63,837 nt of DNA, filler included, from Globobulimina sp. (GCA_003354225.1; 54 parts of 54 records of this genome joined end to end with filler, not necessarily neighbours in it), one strand, 5' to 3'; positions 38,000-50,824 are shown, counted from the whole stretch's first letter. Notes: a model not told the origin generated them from the sequence alone. A program made the numbers and translations.

Positions 38000-38424
38000 A
38001 ATCGTTGTTTTTTTACCGGCGGACCATCGACAATGTTCTCGCGATATCGTTTCCGTTTCGGTGTGGTCTGGCTACGGCTAATGAGGAATATGGAGGACTC
38101 ATTATGGTCATACAGTTGTTTATTGCGATAATTAATCCATTCCGTCAATCTCGACCGTGGTAACGTTTTAATTACATTTTGGAATAAATGTTTGGTCATC
38201 ACATTCGGATTTCTCGTTTTATATAGGTCGATTCGTGTGAAATACTCAAAGACATCCGCGGTATCATTGGGAAATCTCACTACGAACCTATCGGTTATGC
38301 TTTTTTCATATATTAATTGTGCATAATCCGGTTTTGCATCGTCGTGAAGGCCTAAGAGTGCTTCACTGAGAAATGCTGTTTGTTTGCGTTGTTGTTCTGT
38401 TTGTTTGCGTTGTTCTTCCATCAT
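38000..38424 (-). CDS. Possible retroelement Gag-like ORF, interrupted by the MITE
   Basis: Coiled-coil start, then RFPNDTADVFEYFTRIDLY...LPRSRLTEW; the frame runs into the TIR. Confidence 0.3.
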
Positions 38425-39084
38425 TTTCTATTTACACATTGTATTTATTTTATTTTTATTTCAATCTTGTCTTAAATGTGTTGAAAAATGTGGGAACGCA
38501 CAGAAACATTATTTTAGTAACACGCGCTTTATAATAACGGTTTTTCACTCCGTTTCGTACCGTCAACACTTTATGTGCCGTACAGTTACAGTACGCGGCG
38601 AGTGTTGTCAAAATATTGCTACTAAGTAGCATATCAACAGCTTCATACGTTAACAAAAGTTATCCGCGTGTTGTAAGATATACATAAACAATTTTTAACA
38701 TGCTTTAAAAGCATTTTGCCAGTTAAAAATGTTATGTTTGTCGATAGTTCGTTTTGGTGAGTATAAACTCGTGGTGCAGAATTTGAGAGATAGAACAAAT
38801 TTTATTACATACAAGCATATCTCGATTGAATTTCTTATTCCAATCGTTACTTTTACTCTTGATCATGTTTGTTGCTATGTTCTTTCTCTCTCCGTTCGTT
38901 TCAATTAAGAACGGTCGACGCACCAAATGTGGTATATCGTGACTTCTTACTAGGAATGGTGAAGTACTAATTTAAGGACTAGGANNNNNNNNNNNNNNNN
39001 NNNNNNNNNNNNNNNNNNNNNNNNNNNNTTAATTAATTAANNNNNNNNNNNNNNNNNNNNNNNNNNNNNNNNNNNNNNNNNNNN

Positions 39085-39502
39085 TACCCCATTTATTTTT
39101 GTTTACGATGTACCATGATTTATATTGGTGATTTATTTGTCGTTTCCAAGTGAGGGAAGCAATGGAAGCATGATATTGTTTATCATACAGTAATAACCAT
39201 GTTTTCATACAGAATAAAGCGAATACGGACCATATAAAAGAGCCATCCACAATATATATGATTTGCGTCAATACGGATCCCATCGATATCTGCCACACGT
39301 TTCGGCTGACTGGCGCCCAGTTGAATAATAGCCCTAAAATAGTCAACGTATTCATGTAATAAACTAATCTCTTTTGTCTATTTTTTACGATATCACTCAA
39401 ACGAAGTTGGTAGAATTTGATTAACGTATAAAAGGATATTGGTGCTAATACAAGAACTGCAACTAATACAGCAAGCAAACCAAGAACATCGAGCACATCC
39501 AT
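39085..39502 (-). CDS. Multi-pass (GPCR-like) membrane protein N-terminus
   Basis: Three TM helices; divergent from RPB4 with a 74-bp gap. Confidence 0.5.
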
Positions 39503-39576
39503 TGTGCGCTTGTATTAATTAATAGCCCCTTTACTCACTTCACATTCACATTCATAGGAAAAAGAGTTTTTTAAGC

Positions 39577-40149
39577 ATGCCTTTTTTAGAAGCAGAACCG
39601 TTAGGGTTTGGTAAAGATTTTGAGAATGCACATCCTTTATGGAACGCGGAAGTATCATTTATTTTGGATAAGTACTTGGAATCACATAACAATCAACGTA
39701 ATTCGCCCCAAAATTCAATGATTCAACGTACATTGGAATACGTACGCAAATTAAATAACTACTCAACTGCACAAAATTCGCAAGCGGCGAGAGCATTGAT
39801 GAAAAAAGGTGATAAGTTTACAGACTATGAATCTGCGTTAATTAATAATTTAAACATTGCATCCGTTGATGAAGCAATTACACTGATTCCTACATTAAAA
39901 GATAAATTCCCAAATACGGAAATATTAGCTACGCGTTTGGCCCATTTACAGGACTTTCAAAAATCAAATGATGATACAAACTATAATGTCACTTCATATT
40001 CTGCGCTGTCACAAAACTATCACAACACAAGCGTTGAAAAAACAACTGGAACAAATGACGAATCAAAGGAGAATGATGACGATATCTCTATGGTTCCTTC
40101 GAATAATTCACAAACTCCACAATCTGACATTTCAACCTATTCCAATTGA
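39577..40149 (+). CDS. RPB4: RNA polymerase II subunit RPB4
   Basis: FENAHPLWNAEVSFIL...RTLEYVRK...FTDYESALINNL...DEAITLIPTL. Confidence 0.85.
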   Translation: MPFLEAEPLGFGKDFENAHPLWNAEVSFILDKYLESHNNQRNSPQNSMIQRTLEYVRKLNNYSTAQNSQAARALMKKGDKFTDYESALINNLNIASVDEAITLIPTLKDKFPNTEILATRLAHLQDFQKSNDDTNYNVTSYSALSQNYHNTSVEKTTGTNDESKENDDDISMVPSNNSQTPQSDISTYSN

Positions 40150-40321
40150 CAATTTTAAATATTAATCCNNNNNNNNNNNNNNNNNNNNNNNNNNNNNNNN
40201 NNNNNNNNNNNNTTAATTAATTAANNNNNNNNNNNNNNNNNNNNNNNNNNNNNNNNNNNNNNNNNNNNTGTGCAAGGATGAAATGAACAAGCGAAGTTTT
40301 TGAGAGTGAAATGAAAAAGGT

Positions 40322-41071
40322 TTGAAAAGTAGCAAGTACCTGTCTTCAATGCAAGAGCGAGCGAACTATGATTGGAGAAGGAATGTGGGTAAAGAAACGC
40401 TTCGACAGATAGAGGAACTCGAGAACGCAATGGAAGCGGTAGAATGGGATGATTACACTGAAGGTGAAACAGGAGTATCATGCAGTAATCAACAATTTGT
40501 TTCTCAATCATTCAAAACATTGGATTGGCAAAACTGTGTTCATCAAATTACAAATATTGATGCTACTTTTTGTGATATAAAGCCACAAAGCAATGTAATT
40601 GTAATAATCAATGAATACAATACAAACAAAATCAAACATTCAGTACAGAGTTCATTATATTTATTTGGATTAGATGTGTTTACTGAAATCGTAGTGGATT
40701 ATTTATTTTATAATGAGCAAAATATTTTGAATGAATTGCAATTCAGCCAAAATACATTGAGGTTTAACAAAGATAATGTTTTAAATGAATTAATATTGAT
40801 AATGGCTGTATTAATAATTGATAAAACATCTGATAATTGGTTTGCAATTCCACGCAGAAAATGTGATATTTGTCCAAAATATTCCAATGTTCATGTTAAT
40901 TTTTCTGGGAATTGGCAAAATACTTATAAATGGTGCATTTTTTGGATTTTTGTTGAGCTCAATGAATTTCATTGCATTTGCAAAAAATATATACAATATT
41001 TCTGGAACTTATCATGTTTCACAGTTCATATTTCCATCGAAGAGGAATTAGCTGAATTAGAGGATGACTAA
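40322..41071 (+). CDS. Hypothetical protein C-terminus
   Basis: 249-aa ORF. Confidence 0.45.
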   Translation: MKSSKYLSSMQERANYDWRRNVGKETLRQIEELENAMEAVEWDDYTEGETGVSCSNQQFVSQSFKTLDWQNCVHQITNIDATFCDIKPQSNVIVIINEYNTNKIKHSVQSSLYLFGLDVFTEIVVDYLFYNEQNILNELQFSQNTLRFNKDNVLNELILIMAVLIIDKTSDNWFAIPRRKCDICPKYSNVHVNFSGNWQNTYKWCIFWIFVELNEFHCICKKYIQYFWNLSCFTVHISIEEELAELEDD

Positions 41072-41624
41072 ATGTAAATTGATTTCTTTTGCTTTCGACC
41101 ATGGCAATTCTAAGAAATGTTTTCATTTTGGTGGCATTTATGATTGCATTTAGCATTGCATCATTTTTTATTGACAGTGATTTTAAGATTTTCACGAAGT
41201 AAGTTAGCTGTAAAAGAAAAACAACCCCTTCACATATTTGGGTTAATGCTTCACAAGCGGTAAACCAAAAACTGTCGCAATCGAATGCCTTTACAAGACG
41301 AGACACTAAAAATACTGCAAGCAGAAGTCTCAAAATGCAGTGTTCCAAATGANNNNNNNNNNNNNNNNNNNNNNNNNNNNNNNNNNNNNNNNNNNNTTAA
41401 TTAATTAANNNNNNNNNNNNNNNNNNNNNNNNNNNNNNNNNNNNNNNNNNNNCATCAAAAAAATGATAATACAATGCAATTAATAACGATAAAGGATTAA
41501 AGAAAAAATATATATCAAAAAAAAAAATATAAAAGAAAATAAAAAAAATAATAAAGGATAATAAAATTATATCACGTAAACGTACCACCAAATGCCAGCT
41601 ACATTGTATATACAACTGGACATT

Positions 41625-42536
41625 TTAATGGATAGTACAAATTGAGTCCATTGTAGATTTAGAATCAGCCGATTCAGATTGAACAATACTAATATAATTC
41701 GGCAATTGCATGCCATCCACCCCATCATTTTCATAGTCACTCTCATCCAAAATTGCCTGCAAATCAATCTCCACCGAATCCTCAAACTCCTCCTCATATT
41801 CGCCGCATTCCAAGTCATCATAATCGATGAGGATCTCCTGCTTCTCGAAATATTCCATAATTAGGTCCTTAATCTCGCTCTCCGCGTGCATGAAATCCAT
41901 CTCATGCATTCCTTCGCTTCTATACCAATGCAGAAACGCCTTCTTTTCGAACAATTTATTGAAATTCTCCCAAATCCGCTCGAAACAGTCCTTGACAGAC
42001 GTCACATTCCCGACCATCGTGGCAGAGTATTCCGCCGTTTCTGGCTTAAGTTTGATGATCGCGGTTTTGATGTTATGCGGGATCCATTCCACAAAGTGGT
42101 CATTTTGCACATTCAAGTAGTTGGAGGTTATATTTTCAATCTCAGCGCTCGAGATATTGCGCCCTCTGTACATGATAGAGGCGGACAGAAACTTGCCATC
42201 GAATTTATTTTTGTGGTGCACAGAAGTGAGCGAATAGCGAGGCTTCCAGACATTATCTGAGATTTTGGCCAAACTCTGCTTTGACAGATTATATTCATGG
42301 CCTTTTTGCATCAACGGAGCGTACGCCGACGTGAAAAAATGTAAACGTGGGAACGGGATTAAGTTCACAGCCATTTTCCTGTACGTCGCAAACATGAGAA
42401 ATGTTTCCAAAAATGATATATATACTTACCTCAAGTCACAATTTAAAACGCCAGGAAAGCGCAACGACGCCGTGACGCCGGCCATAACCAACGATAAGAT
42501 CCAACTTAAGTCGGCAAAGCTGCGGTCGTTTTGATT
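41625..42536 (-). CDS. Highly divergent beta-tubulin of the foraminiferan/retarian beta-2 type, 5'-partial
   Basis: [70 protein letters not shown]; intron 42379-42429. Confidence 0.9.
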
Positions 42537-42636
42537 NNNNNNNNNNNNNNNNNNNNNNNNNNNNNNNNNNNNNNNNNNNNTTAATTAATTAANNNNNNNN
42601 NNNNNNNNNNNNNNNNNNNNNNNNNNNNNNNNNNNN

Positions 42637-43548
42637 CACTGAAGCACCGTCACAAACAACTTCCGCAATCTCACTAACTGATAGCACAGATATTGAGCAT
42701 CCAGAATCATTTTCGACTAAAACTAAAATAGAAACAAATATAAGTGATCATAACAGTGATGATGACATAATTGATATTCCGAATAGATTTGCGAGTATAC
42801 CACAAACAAATTCTGTACAATTTTTAGTAGATTTCCAAGTAATTTATTCTGTTCATGTACCAAAGGATGAATATGATCGATGGACATTATCTCAGCGTTT
42901 GCTTAAACGAATAAATATATCGCAAGATTTACGTGTGCCATGCGATGAAAACGAAAGTGGTATGTTTGATGTTTCTGAGTTTGTGTATACTAATCAACTT
43001 AAATCGTTTTTCGTTTTTTATAAACAGCGTACGATTACGTAGAGATGAAATGTTTTTTATTAAAGAATTTTGAAAAAGTATTTGGAATAAATACTAAAGA
43101 ATTTAATCAATTTAAAAGAATTATATTGTATGCAATAGAAATATGTCCAGAAATATATTTTTTGAGTTTAAATTCCTCAAAAACAGATAGAGTTTTTTTA
43201 GGTGAAATATTGGATGTTTTAAAGAAACGGAATGAAACAAATAGATACGGCCCAGAAATATTAGACATTGAGAATTTGCCCATTAAACACAAAGGACTCG
43301 AATTGATTTGTAAATATTTAGAAGCTGATATTGAAGATACAAAATGGCTAAAAATTGGACAATGTTTTGGTTATGATATTCCACAAAATATAGCACAGAA
43401 AATTGTTAATTCATCTGAGAGAAATACACATTTGTTAAGGATGAATGTTGAATTCAATACAAAATTACATCAACATTCACAACAAATTAGTCAACATTTA
43501 AAGAAAAATAATCAGATTTATAGAAAAAAAAGAAGAATGACCATATAA
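42637..43548 (+). CDS. Hypothetical protein, probably 2 exons
   Basis: Open frame from the contig start, intron-like gap near 42960-43030, then a 167-aa ORF. Confidence 0.4.
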
Positions 43549-43820
43549 TTTATTAGTGAATTAAGTGTTATTTTGTGTATTTTTAATTTGTTTTGTTTGC
43601 ATTCGATATTGGAGTGTAATAAGATTTTAGTAACACAATTTTCCAATTTCAAGCAGTCAAATATGTTTTGCTAAAAATAGATATAGATGCTGATAAAAGA
43701 AAAAATAAAATTACATAACCNNNNNNNNNNNNNNNNNNNNNNNNNNNNNNNNNNNNNNNNNNNNTTAATTAATTAANNNNNNNNNNNNNNNNNNNNNNNN
43801 NNNNNNNNNNNNNNNNNNNN

Positions 43821-44710
43821 ATAATCCACTACATTATCACAGCAAATATTATGAATCCAATATACCCCAACAAACAATCAAAAACAACACAAAAAAAGAA
43901 AAGAAAGAGGCATTGGAACGGCAAAAAGAAGCACAAAAATCAACATTCCTATCCTACTTAAACCCGATATTTCTATTAACAAAAACATTTAATATCTGTT
44001 ACAATATAATCTATTACACATTCGACTCAATAATCCACCCTTACAAAGGCTATCAACGCCTACAAAATATGTGGAAAAGCATCAAACATTTCGTCAAACA
44101 CTTCTATGAAGCATCAAAATTAATGGGTACTGACATCAAAGCCGCCACCAAGATCCTGAGCAAAATGCGCAAAACCGGTGAATTAACCTACAGAGAACGG
44201 CGACAATTACGTAGAGTCACCATGGACGTGCTACGCTTCATTCCCATGCTGGTTATCATATTAATCCCCGCCTTGGAGATAGTAGTCCCATTCTTATTAA
44301 TCCTATTCCCCAATATGTTGCCTTCTCGCTTCCAGACTGAACATCAAAAATTGGAGCGCAGAAAGCAAATCTTAGCCTCACGCATCGGTCTAACTGCGTT
44401 TTTTGAGGACACTTTGCATGAATTTGTCAATGAGACCAAGACCAAACAAGAGTCATTAAAGTTAATTGGCAATGAAAAAATCGAATCGCTGGAAAAGTTA
44501 CTGGAGAAAGTTAAAAATAACGAAGAGATTTCCAACAATTCCATACTGAAACTGGCGAGTTTGTTTGACGACGAAATGGCTTTGGATAATGCCTCTGCCT
44601 CGGTCTTGGCCAATATGTGCCGGTATATGCAATTAAACCATTTTGGCACACAGCCGATGCTCAGAAAGAGATTGTATGATAAAATTCGGCAAATCCGCAA
44701 GGAGGACCAG
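43821..44710 (+). CDS. LETM1: LETM1/MDM38 mitochondrial protein, partial
   Basis: LTYRERRQLRRVTMDVLRFIP...FPNMLPSRF...LANMCRYM...IRKED. Confidence 0.9.
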
Positions 44711-46188
44711 GTATTATTCTGTCTGAAATTTATAGAAATTTCCTATAAATTAATATTATTCCATATTTTTGACATTATAAATTGTCAAAAATGTGCGAAT
44801 ATATCCACATTCCATGTTTGATTTTACAGCGTCAGAGAAAATTTAAAAAACACTTCTGACGCTGAACACTATAAACATGTAAATGTATCATCTCATTCAT
44901 CTGTNNNNNNNNNNNNNNNNNNNNNNNNNNNNNNNNNNNNNNNNNNNNTTAATTAATTAANNNNNNNNNNNNNNNNNNNNNNNNNNNNNNNNNNNNNNNN
45001 NNNNCGTATTAACATCAATAATATGCGAAGGCAGGGTGTGCGAAGGCGATTGTTTCTCATCTTCAGGTATTTCTTGTTGCAATTGAGGGTCTATGCTGTT
45101 TGTGGTGGCGCTTTGATGCGTGTCGGGTTCATTGGTCTTTTCATCATCAATTGCAACAATATCTTCGTCTGCGTTTGCATTCATATGTTCATTGCTGTCA
45201 TCATTATTATCCATGACCACCTCATTGCTGTCCATGGCTATCTCAGCGTTGGTGATATTATTCGAAGGTTCAATGTCTTGCTTTTCGTCGTCTTCTTGTT
45301 TTTTCTCTTCTTCATTCACATTATTGCTATTAATGAGGTTATTGTCTGTGTTGGCCACGGCAGTCATAGTCATATTCCCCATTAGATTCTGTTTTGATAT
45401 TAGTGCGAGGATATTTTTTATGAAATGTAAAATGAACAGTAACAAAATAAGTAACTTGATCTTGAAGGATGTTAAATATCGGTGATGAGGATCTAGAGTT
45501 TTGTTGCATAGTATTTGGTGTTATTCTGTTGATTTAATTGACAATAGACTCGGATTGTGATTTGTGAATGTGCAAATAAAAAAACCTATCACAAAAACCC
45601 AAAAACAAGCCAAATTTACTTATCTTGCCATACTCTCACGACATCACGACGTACACCACCCACATTGGTCACTGTAATGTACCACATGATGCATGCAAAT
45701 GTTTACGTTGTTACTGTTTTTATGACGTATGGGTAGAATTATGAACAATTAAATATATTGTATCTGCACACATGTATGAGACACCAAAAAAATCAGACAT
45801 TCCAAGTATTGATGCAGGACAAGAAGATGAAAGTACACCTTTTAAAAACTTTATGAATAGGAACCAACAAACATTATATATTTCCGACAATGCAGATAGA
45901 TTTAGGCAAATATTTAAAGACAAGCCATTATCATACAAAGTAAAATTTATAGTAACAAACGGATTGGCCAAAGATCCACAAAATAACGTTAACAACGAAA
46001 ATGAAACAAGCTCAGATGACGAGAAAATTAATGAAGTTCTTGGGGATTGCTTGCCAGAATTTTATAAATTATCAGAAACCGATCAAAANNNNNNNNNNNN
46101 NNNNNNNNNNNNNNNNNNNNNNNNNNNNNNNNTTAATTAATTAANNNNNNNNNNNNNNNNNNNNNNNNNNNNNNNNNNNNNNNNNNNN

Positions 46189-47272
46189 CAACCTCGATGA
46201 ATTATGGAGTCAAAGTTCTACCTACATTGGGAACTCAATATATTTTGTAAATAATGCTAGGTTGCGTCGATTTGATATTGGCGCCACAGATGGAACTCTC
46301 TGCGATTTGGGCACTACAGCAACCTCAGCCGTGTTGTCGCCGTGCATAACAAAATCAAAAGACGAAAAGTATATTTTTATTGTTGCTGGAGAGCCTTTGT
46401 CCGATGTTGATGATGGCTCCGTATTATTTCAAATTTATGATATACAAAACTCGCAATTTAGCACTGGTGACTCATTAAACCATAAAAGACGTTTTTTATC
46501 ATGCAATGTGTCACCGGATGGTAAGGCTTTGTATGTATTTGGTGGAGTATATGAAACCATTTCTAGTTATATGAACCCAGTAACTTCCATTGAAAAATTA
46601 GACGTTTCTGATATTGACGCAGTGAAATCAAAAAGCGTTTCCTGGGCCATTACATCGATGACAATGGGAGCAAATAAATGGTACAGTCGGAGTATTGTCG
46701 ATTATGTGAATAACTTGATTTATATTATTGGCGGGCGTACTGATGATGGGGACGGCCAGTCTCCAGAAGATTTGATACAAATTGTTAATCCAACATCAGA
46801 TACGATATATTTGTCAACAACAAAATTAAGCATAGGTAGGTCCGCTCCGTCAGTCATCAATATTGGTCAAATAGTGTATGTTTTTGGTGGTTATACTGCG
46901 AACAATGGATTATTGAATACATTTGAGACATGCAGTTTATTGGATTTATCGGTTACATCAATGCCAAGCAATGGCGTTAAGTTATTTGCTGATTGATAAA
47001 ACTGACATAAATTTAATGTTTTTATACAGCCTACATCCAATCCAAGTATCTCACCAACTAATCTCCCGACTAACGGTCCATCAAATAATCCAAGTGCATT
47101 TCCCAGCAGTGCACCAACAAAAGATCCATCGAATAATCCATCTAATAATCCAACAAATAATCCAACAAATAATCCTACAAATAATCCAACAAAAGATCCT
47201 ACAAAACATCCAACACATAATCCAACAAATAATCCAACAACAATCCACCCAACAAAAAACATTACAACAATT
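46189..47272 (+). CDS. Kelch-repeat secreted/surface protein with PTNN tetrapeptide repeats, partial
   Basis: LYVFGG, IYIIGG, VYVFGG blades; gttaag...tacag intron; (PTNN)n tract. Confidence 0.75.
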
Positions 47273-47826
47273 NNNNNNNNNNNNNNNNNNNNNNNNNNNN
47301 NNNNNNNNNNNNNNNNTTAATTAATTAANNNNNNNNNNNNNNNNNNNNNNNNNNNNNNNNNNNNNNNNNNNNATAATACGATGTTTTATTCAAAGCAATA
47401 TTAAAATTGGTAAAATATGCTGTGGTTTTGGGCATAATATATTATTATCATTAAATAACAAAGTTTTGAGCTTTTTGTGTTGTGTTTATTTATTTTTATG
47501 TTGTTTTGTCTGTCATATTCAATATATTTTAATAATAAAACATATATAGAGGGGGCAACACAGTAGCATTGCGGGTCGATAGACTCAGAGGCAAGAAGCA
47601 CAGAGGCAAGTACCCCGGAGCCAAGAAGCATTAAAAAACATTTTGTTTTAAATGCAGAGGTTTTCGGCAGAACTTCAAACGTTTCTACAATTATCTGCAA
47701 AACAATGTAAACAAAAAAATGTTCCTGAAAAACGTTTCTGAAAATGTTCTAAAATTTGTGTTTTGTTTTCGTCGTTTTACCATTAAAAAAGAAGACAAAA
47801 CAAAACAAGACAAAACAAATCTATCT

Positions 47827-48438
47827 TCAAAAAACACTGGTATGAGGGTCTATCGACCCAACCATTATTTCTTTCCCATTTGAATCCGAGATAAACCTCA
47901 CATTGTCCAATAACCATTGCCTTTTTTTAGCCATTCGTGCGGGCGACATTCGCAGGGAGAAACCTGGTTGCCACCGACGAGTCTGCCTGATTCGGACCGG
48001 ATCTTGGACCGGAGCTATATGTATCACATACAAAAAAATACTAAAATAAATGTATAACTCAAACTAAAATAAAATAAAAATACCCGGTGGCGATTGACTA
48101 TCTTCCTCATCAGATTTACTGTCTTCTTCTTCCTCATCACCTCCATCTCCACCATAACTGTCTGCATCATCATCTGAAAATGTATCTGAATCACGTAGTG
48201 GCCTCACAACGTAGCCTTTGCCACCACCGGACAATGTATTGGCCGCACAATGTATTTTTCGAATTTTGCGTTGTGGTTCTTCACTGCCATTTTTTTTATC
48301 GTCATTGGGTTGCAAAGTTCTTATCTTTCTATTTGATCGGATTGCATTTCGCCCGCCGCGTTTAAACGTGATTTTGATTTTGATTCGTCGACGTCTACTT
48401 GGACCTGGCTGATTTGTTTGCGACTGGTCATTATCCAT
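47827..48438 (-). CDS. Basic/acidic low-complexity protein, 2 exons
   Basis: RRRRIKIK basic patch and D/E tract; GT-AG intron links it to the 47827-48015 exon. Confidence 0.35.
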
Positions 48439-48591
48439 TTCGAAATGATGTAAAAANNNNNNNNNNNNNNNNNNNNNNNNNNNNNNNNNNNNNNNNNNNN
48501 TTAATTAATTAANNNNNNNNNNNNNNNNNNNNNNNNNNNNNNNNNNNNNNNNNNNNATTAGTACTATAAAATAGGATAATTCACTATTCAT

Positions 48592-49005
48592 TCAATCACC
48601 ACGAATTCGTCTGGCTAATTGCATGTCCTTGGGCATTATGGTTACACGATTTGCGTGAATTGCGCACAAATTAGTGTCTTCGAAAAGTCCCACCAAATAG
48701 GCTTCGCTGGCTTCTTGTAGGGCTTCCAAAGCGGACGATTGAAAACGTAAATCGGATCGAAAATCTTGGGCAATTTCTTTCACCAAACGTCGAAAAGGGG
48801 CTTTGCGAATTATGGTTTCTGTCGATTTTTGATATTTTCTAATTTCCCTCAAAGCGGCTTGTCCGGGTCTGTACCTTTTCCTTTTGTTCAACGGGTCGAT
48901 GGGATACTTTTTGACAGGGGCTGGTCTCTTTCGAGGTTTAACGGCTAGAGGCAATCGGGTGACAGGTGGTTGATACTTTCTGGCAGTTTGTTTGGTTCGA
49001 GCCAT
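48592..49005 (-). CDS. H3: Histone H3 variant with remodelled N-terminal tail
   Basis: [63 protein letters not shown]. Confidence 0.95.
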   Translation of the reverse strand: MARTKQTARKYQPPVTRLPLAVKPRKRPAPVKKYPIDPLNKRKRYRPGQAALREIRKYQKSTETIIRKAPFRRLVKEIAQDFRSDLRFQSSALEALQEASEAYLVGLFEDTNLCAIHANRVTIMPKDMQLARRIRGD

Positions 49006-49070
49006 CTCTCAGAGCAAAAATAAACGAATGGCATATAGGATAGGCTAATATACTCTGGCACTGACATGGG

Positions 49071-49592
49071 CTACTTGCCAATTCTGAAGTTATATGTGCG
49101 TCGCAAATAGCTATAAATGCGAAGGGCCGTTACTCCTTCCACAAAATCGTTTTCTACACCTTTGGAATACATGAGAAATTGGCAAAGACCTTCTTTGGAA
49201 ATATCATTATCATAGGACACAGTTTTGAGCCATTGGTTTCGCAAGGTTGACAATTGTACATAATCGAGGAGTATTTTATTATGTTTTCTGTAAAAATCGG
49301 GTACACGCAACGTACAAGTATGTTCTTGGTGCAGCAAAACGTCCGGCACTAGCCGATTTCCTTCGAATTGACATTTTGCACATATTTTCTTATGAAATTG
49401 GGCAATAGAATCGTAGACAGCTTTTCCGAAAGTTAAAGCAAACAGTTCTCTAATTCGTTCAAATTCGTCATGGTAATTAATCAACGAATTCATTTTGTCG
49501 CATTTTTGATGTTCGTTTTCGCAGTCAGCTAAATCGGTTAAACTCATAACAATGGCATTTTGTCGTTTAAGTTTGGGACAAAACTCGGCCAT
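49071..49592 (-). CDS. Hypothetical protein with CxxC...HxC motif, virus/Polinton-like
   Basis: 173-aa intron-less ORF; PKLKRQNA; CAKCQ...HQEHTC. Confidence 0.6.
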   Translation of the reverse strand: MAEFCPKLKRQNAIVMSLTDLADCENEHQKCDKMNSLINYHDEFERIRELFALTFGKAVYDSIAQFHKKICAKCQFEGNRLVPDVLLHQEHTCTLRVPDFYRKHNKILLDYVQLSTLRNQWLKTVSYDNDISKEGLCQFLMYSKGVENDFVEGVTALRIYSYLRRTYNFRIGK

Positions 49593-49740
49593 CCCGCCTT
49601 TACATAGTATAATCGGCCGGCAAGGTGTGTGCAGAAAGTTNNNNNNNNNNNNNNNNNNNNNNNNNNNNNNNNNNNNNNNNNNNNTTAATTAATTAANNNN
49701 NNNNNNNNNNNNNNNNNNNNNNNNNNNNNNNNNNNNNNNN

Positions 49741-50211
49741 CTTTTATCCGCAATCATTGTCTTATGGCATGACAAAAAGCCAATGCATATTGTTAAATTA
49801 TTTGAGTTGTTTGTTGAAAAGGAATTGTTTGCATACTATGGAAATGTACGAAATGAGAGACAGATTGCAATCGATTTGCATGGCTTTCCGTTGTTGCTCT
49901 CACAATTTATTTTGCGCTATTTTTTTGGATATAAATTATTGGAGTACAATATTGATGCAATGGATTGTTTGACAATAATTGTTGGGAAAGGACAAAATCC
50001 GTCAAATGATGGAAAGACAAAAGCGTTTGTTGTGCAACAGCTGACTGCCTATACTCCACCAATAATATGTACCTTTGATGGCGGCAATGATGGCGTGTTG
50101 TTGGTACAGAAAGACCAAATAACGCCGTATATGACAGATGCAATGAATTGCGCTAAACGCAAATTGACACTGCCATCCACTGATTGGCATTTTGAGGCTA
50201 AGGATACATAA
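49741..50211 (+). CDS. Smr-domain protein C-terminus (PPR-SMR-like)
   Basis: IDLHGF...LTIIVGKG...GNDGVL. Confidence 0.75.
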   Translation, partial: LLSAIIVLWHDKKPMHIVKLFELFVEKELFAYYGNVRNERQIAIDLHGFPLLLSQFILRYFFGYKLLEYNIDAMDCLTIIVGKGQNPSNDGKTKAFVVQQLTAYTPPIICTFDGGNDGVLLVQKDQITPYMTDAMNCAKRKLTLPSTDWHFEAKDT

Positions 50212-50394
50212 TACCCAATGTATGGCGCTTTTGCGGCAACAAAACATCCAATGTGAATAATACATATAATCCGATTACAAAGCAACTTGTGATGATATAC
50301 GCTGACTATTTAAAAACCATTTTTTTTTTGTCAAAAAATTGAACGTTTAATCATTTAACTCAAATTTAATTAAATACACTAAAATCAATACAAG

Positions 50395-50824
50395 TTAGTT
50401 TTGGCATCTTTTCCATTTCTTTAATTTACTTCCAATCAATAATGGATCATCAATGGCTAAATTCAATGGATTGGGCACTTCCATATTATCAAATTTTTGT
50501 CTTTCTTGTTCTGTCAATGCATTTAAAATCATCATCACATCCTCTCCATCTTCGTCATCGTCATTATTGCCTTTCATCTCAATATCTTTTCTATATTGTT
50601 TTTCATTCATATCATTGGAATCAAAGTAATGACTCACAACTTTATCCGCCACCTCGTTTCTATTATTTTCTTTCCGTTTCTTTGTCACATCAATGGCTTC
50701 GTAGTCAATCTCTTTATCCTCAAGAAACTTTCTTATATCTTCCTCAATCTTATTCTGTTCAGATCTTAATTTAAATTCTAGCTCCAAATCATCCTCAAAT
50801 GGCGGACAGATAAACCACGGTATT
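50395..50824 (-). CDS. Acidic hypothetical protein C-terminus
   Basis: Open frame with D/E-rich composition. Confidence 0.4.

Noticed and set aside
40269-40325. Two in-frame TGAs upstream of the 249-aa ORF
   Set aside because: The frame can be restored by removing single bases from homopolymer runs near the contig edge, consistent with sequencing error.
48592-49005. CenH3 assignment
   Set aside because: Canonical ARTKQTARK start, normal loop 1 length, and F84/T107 retained.
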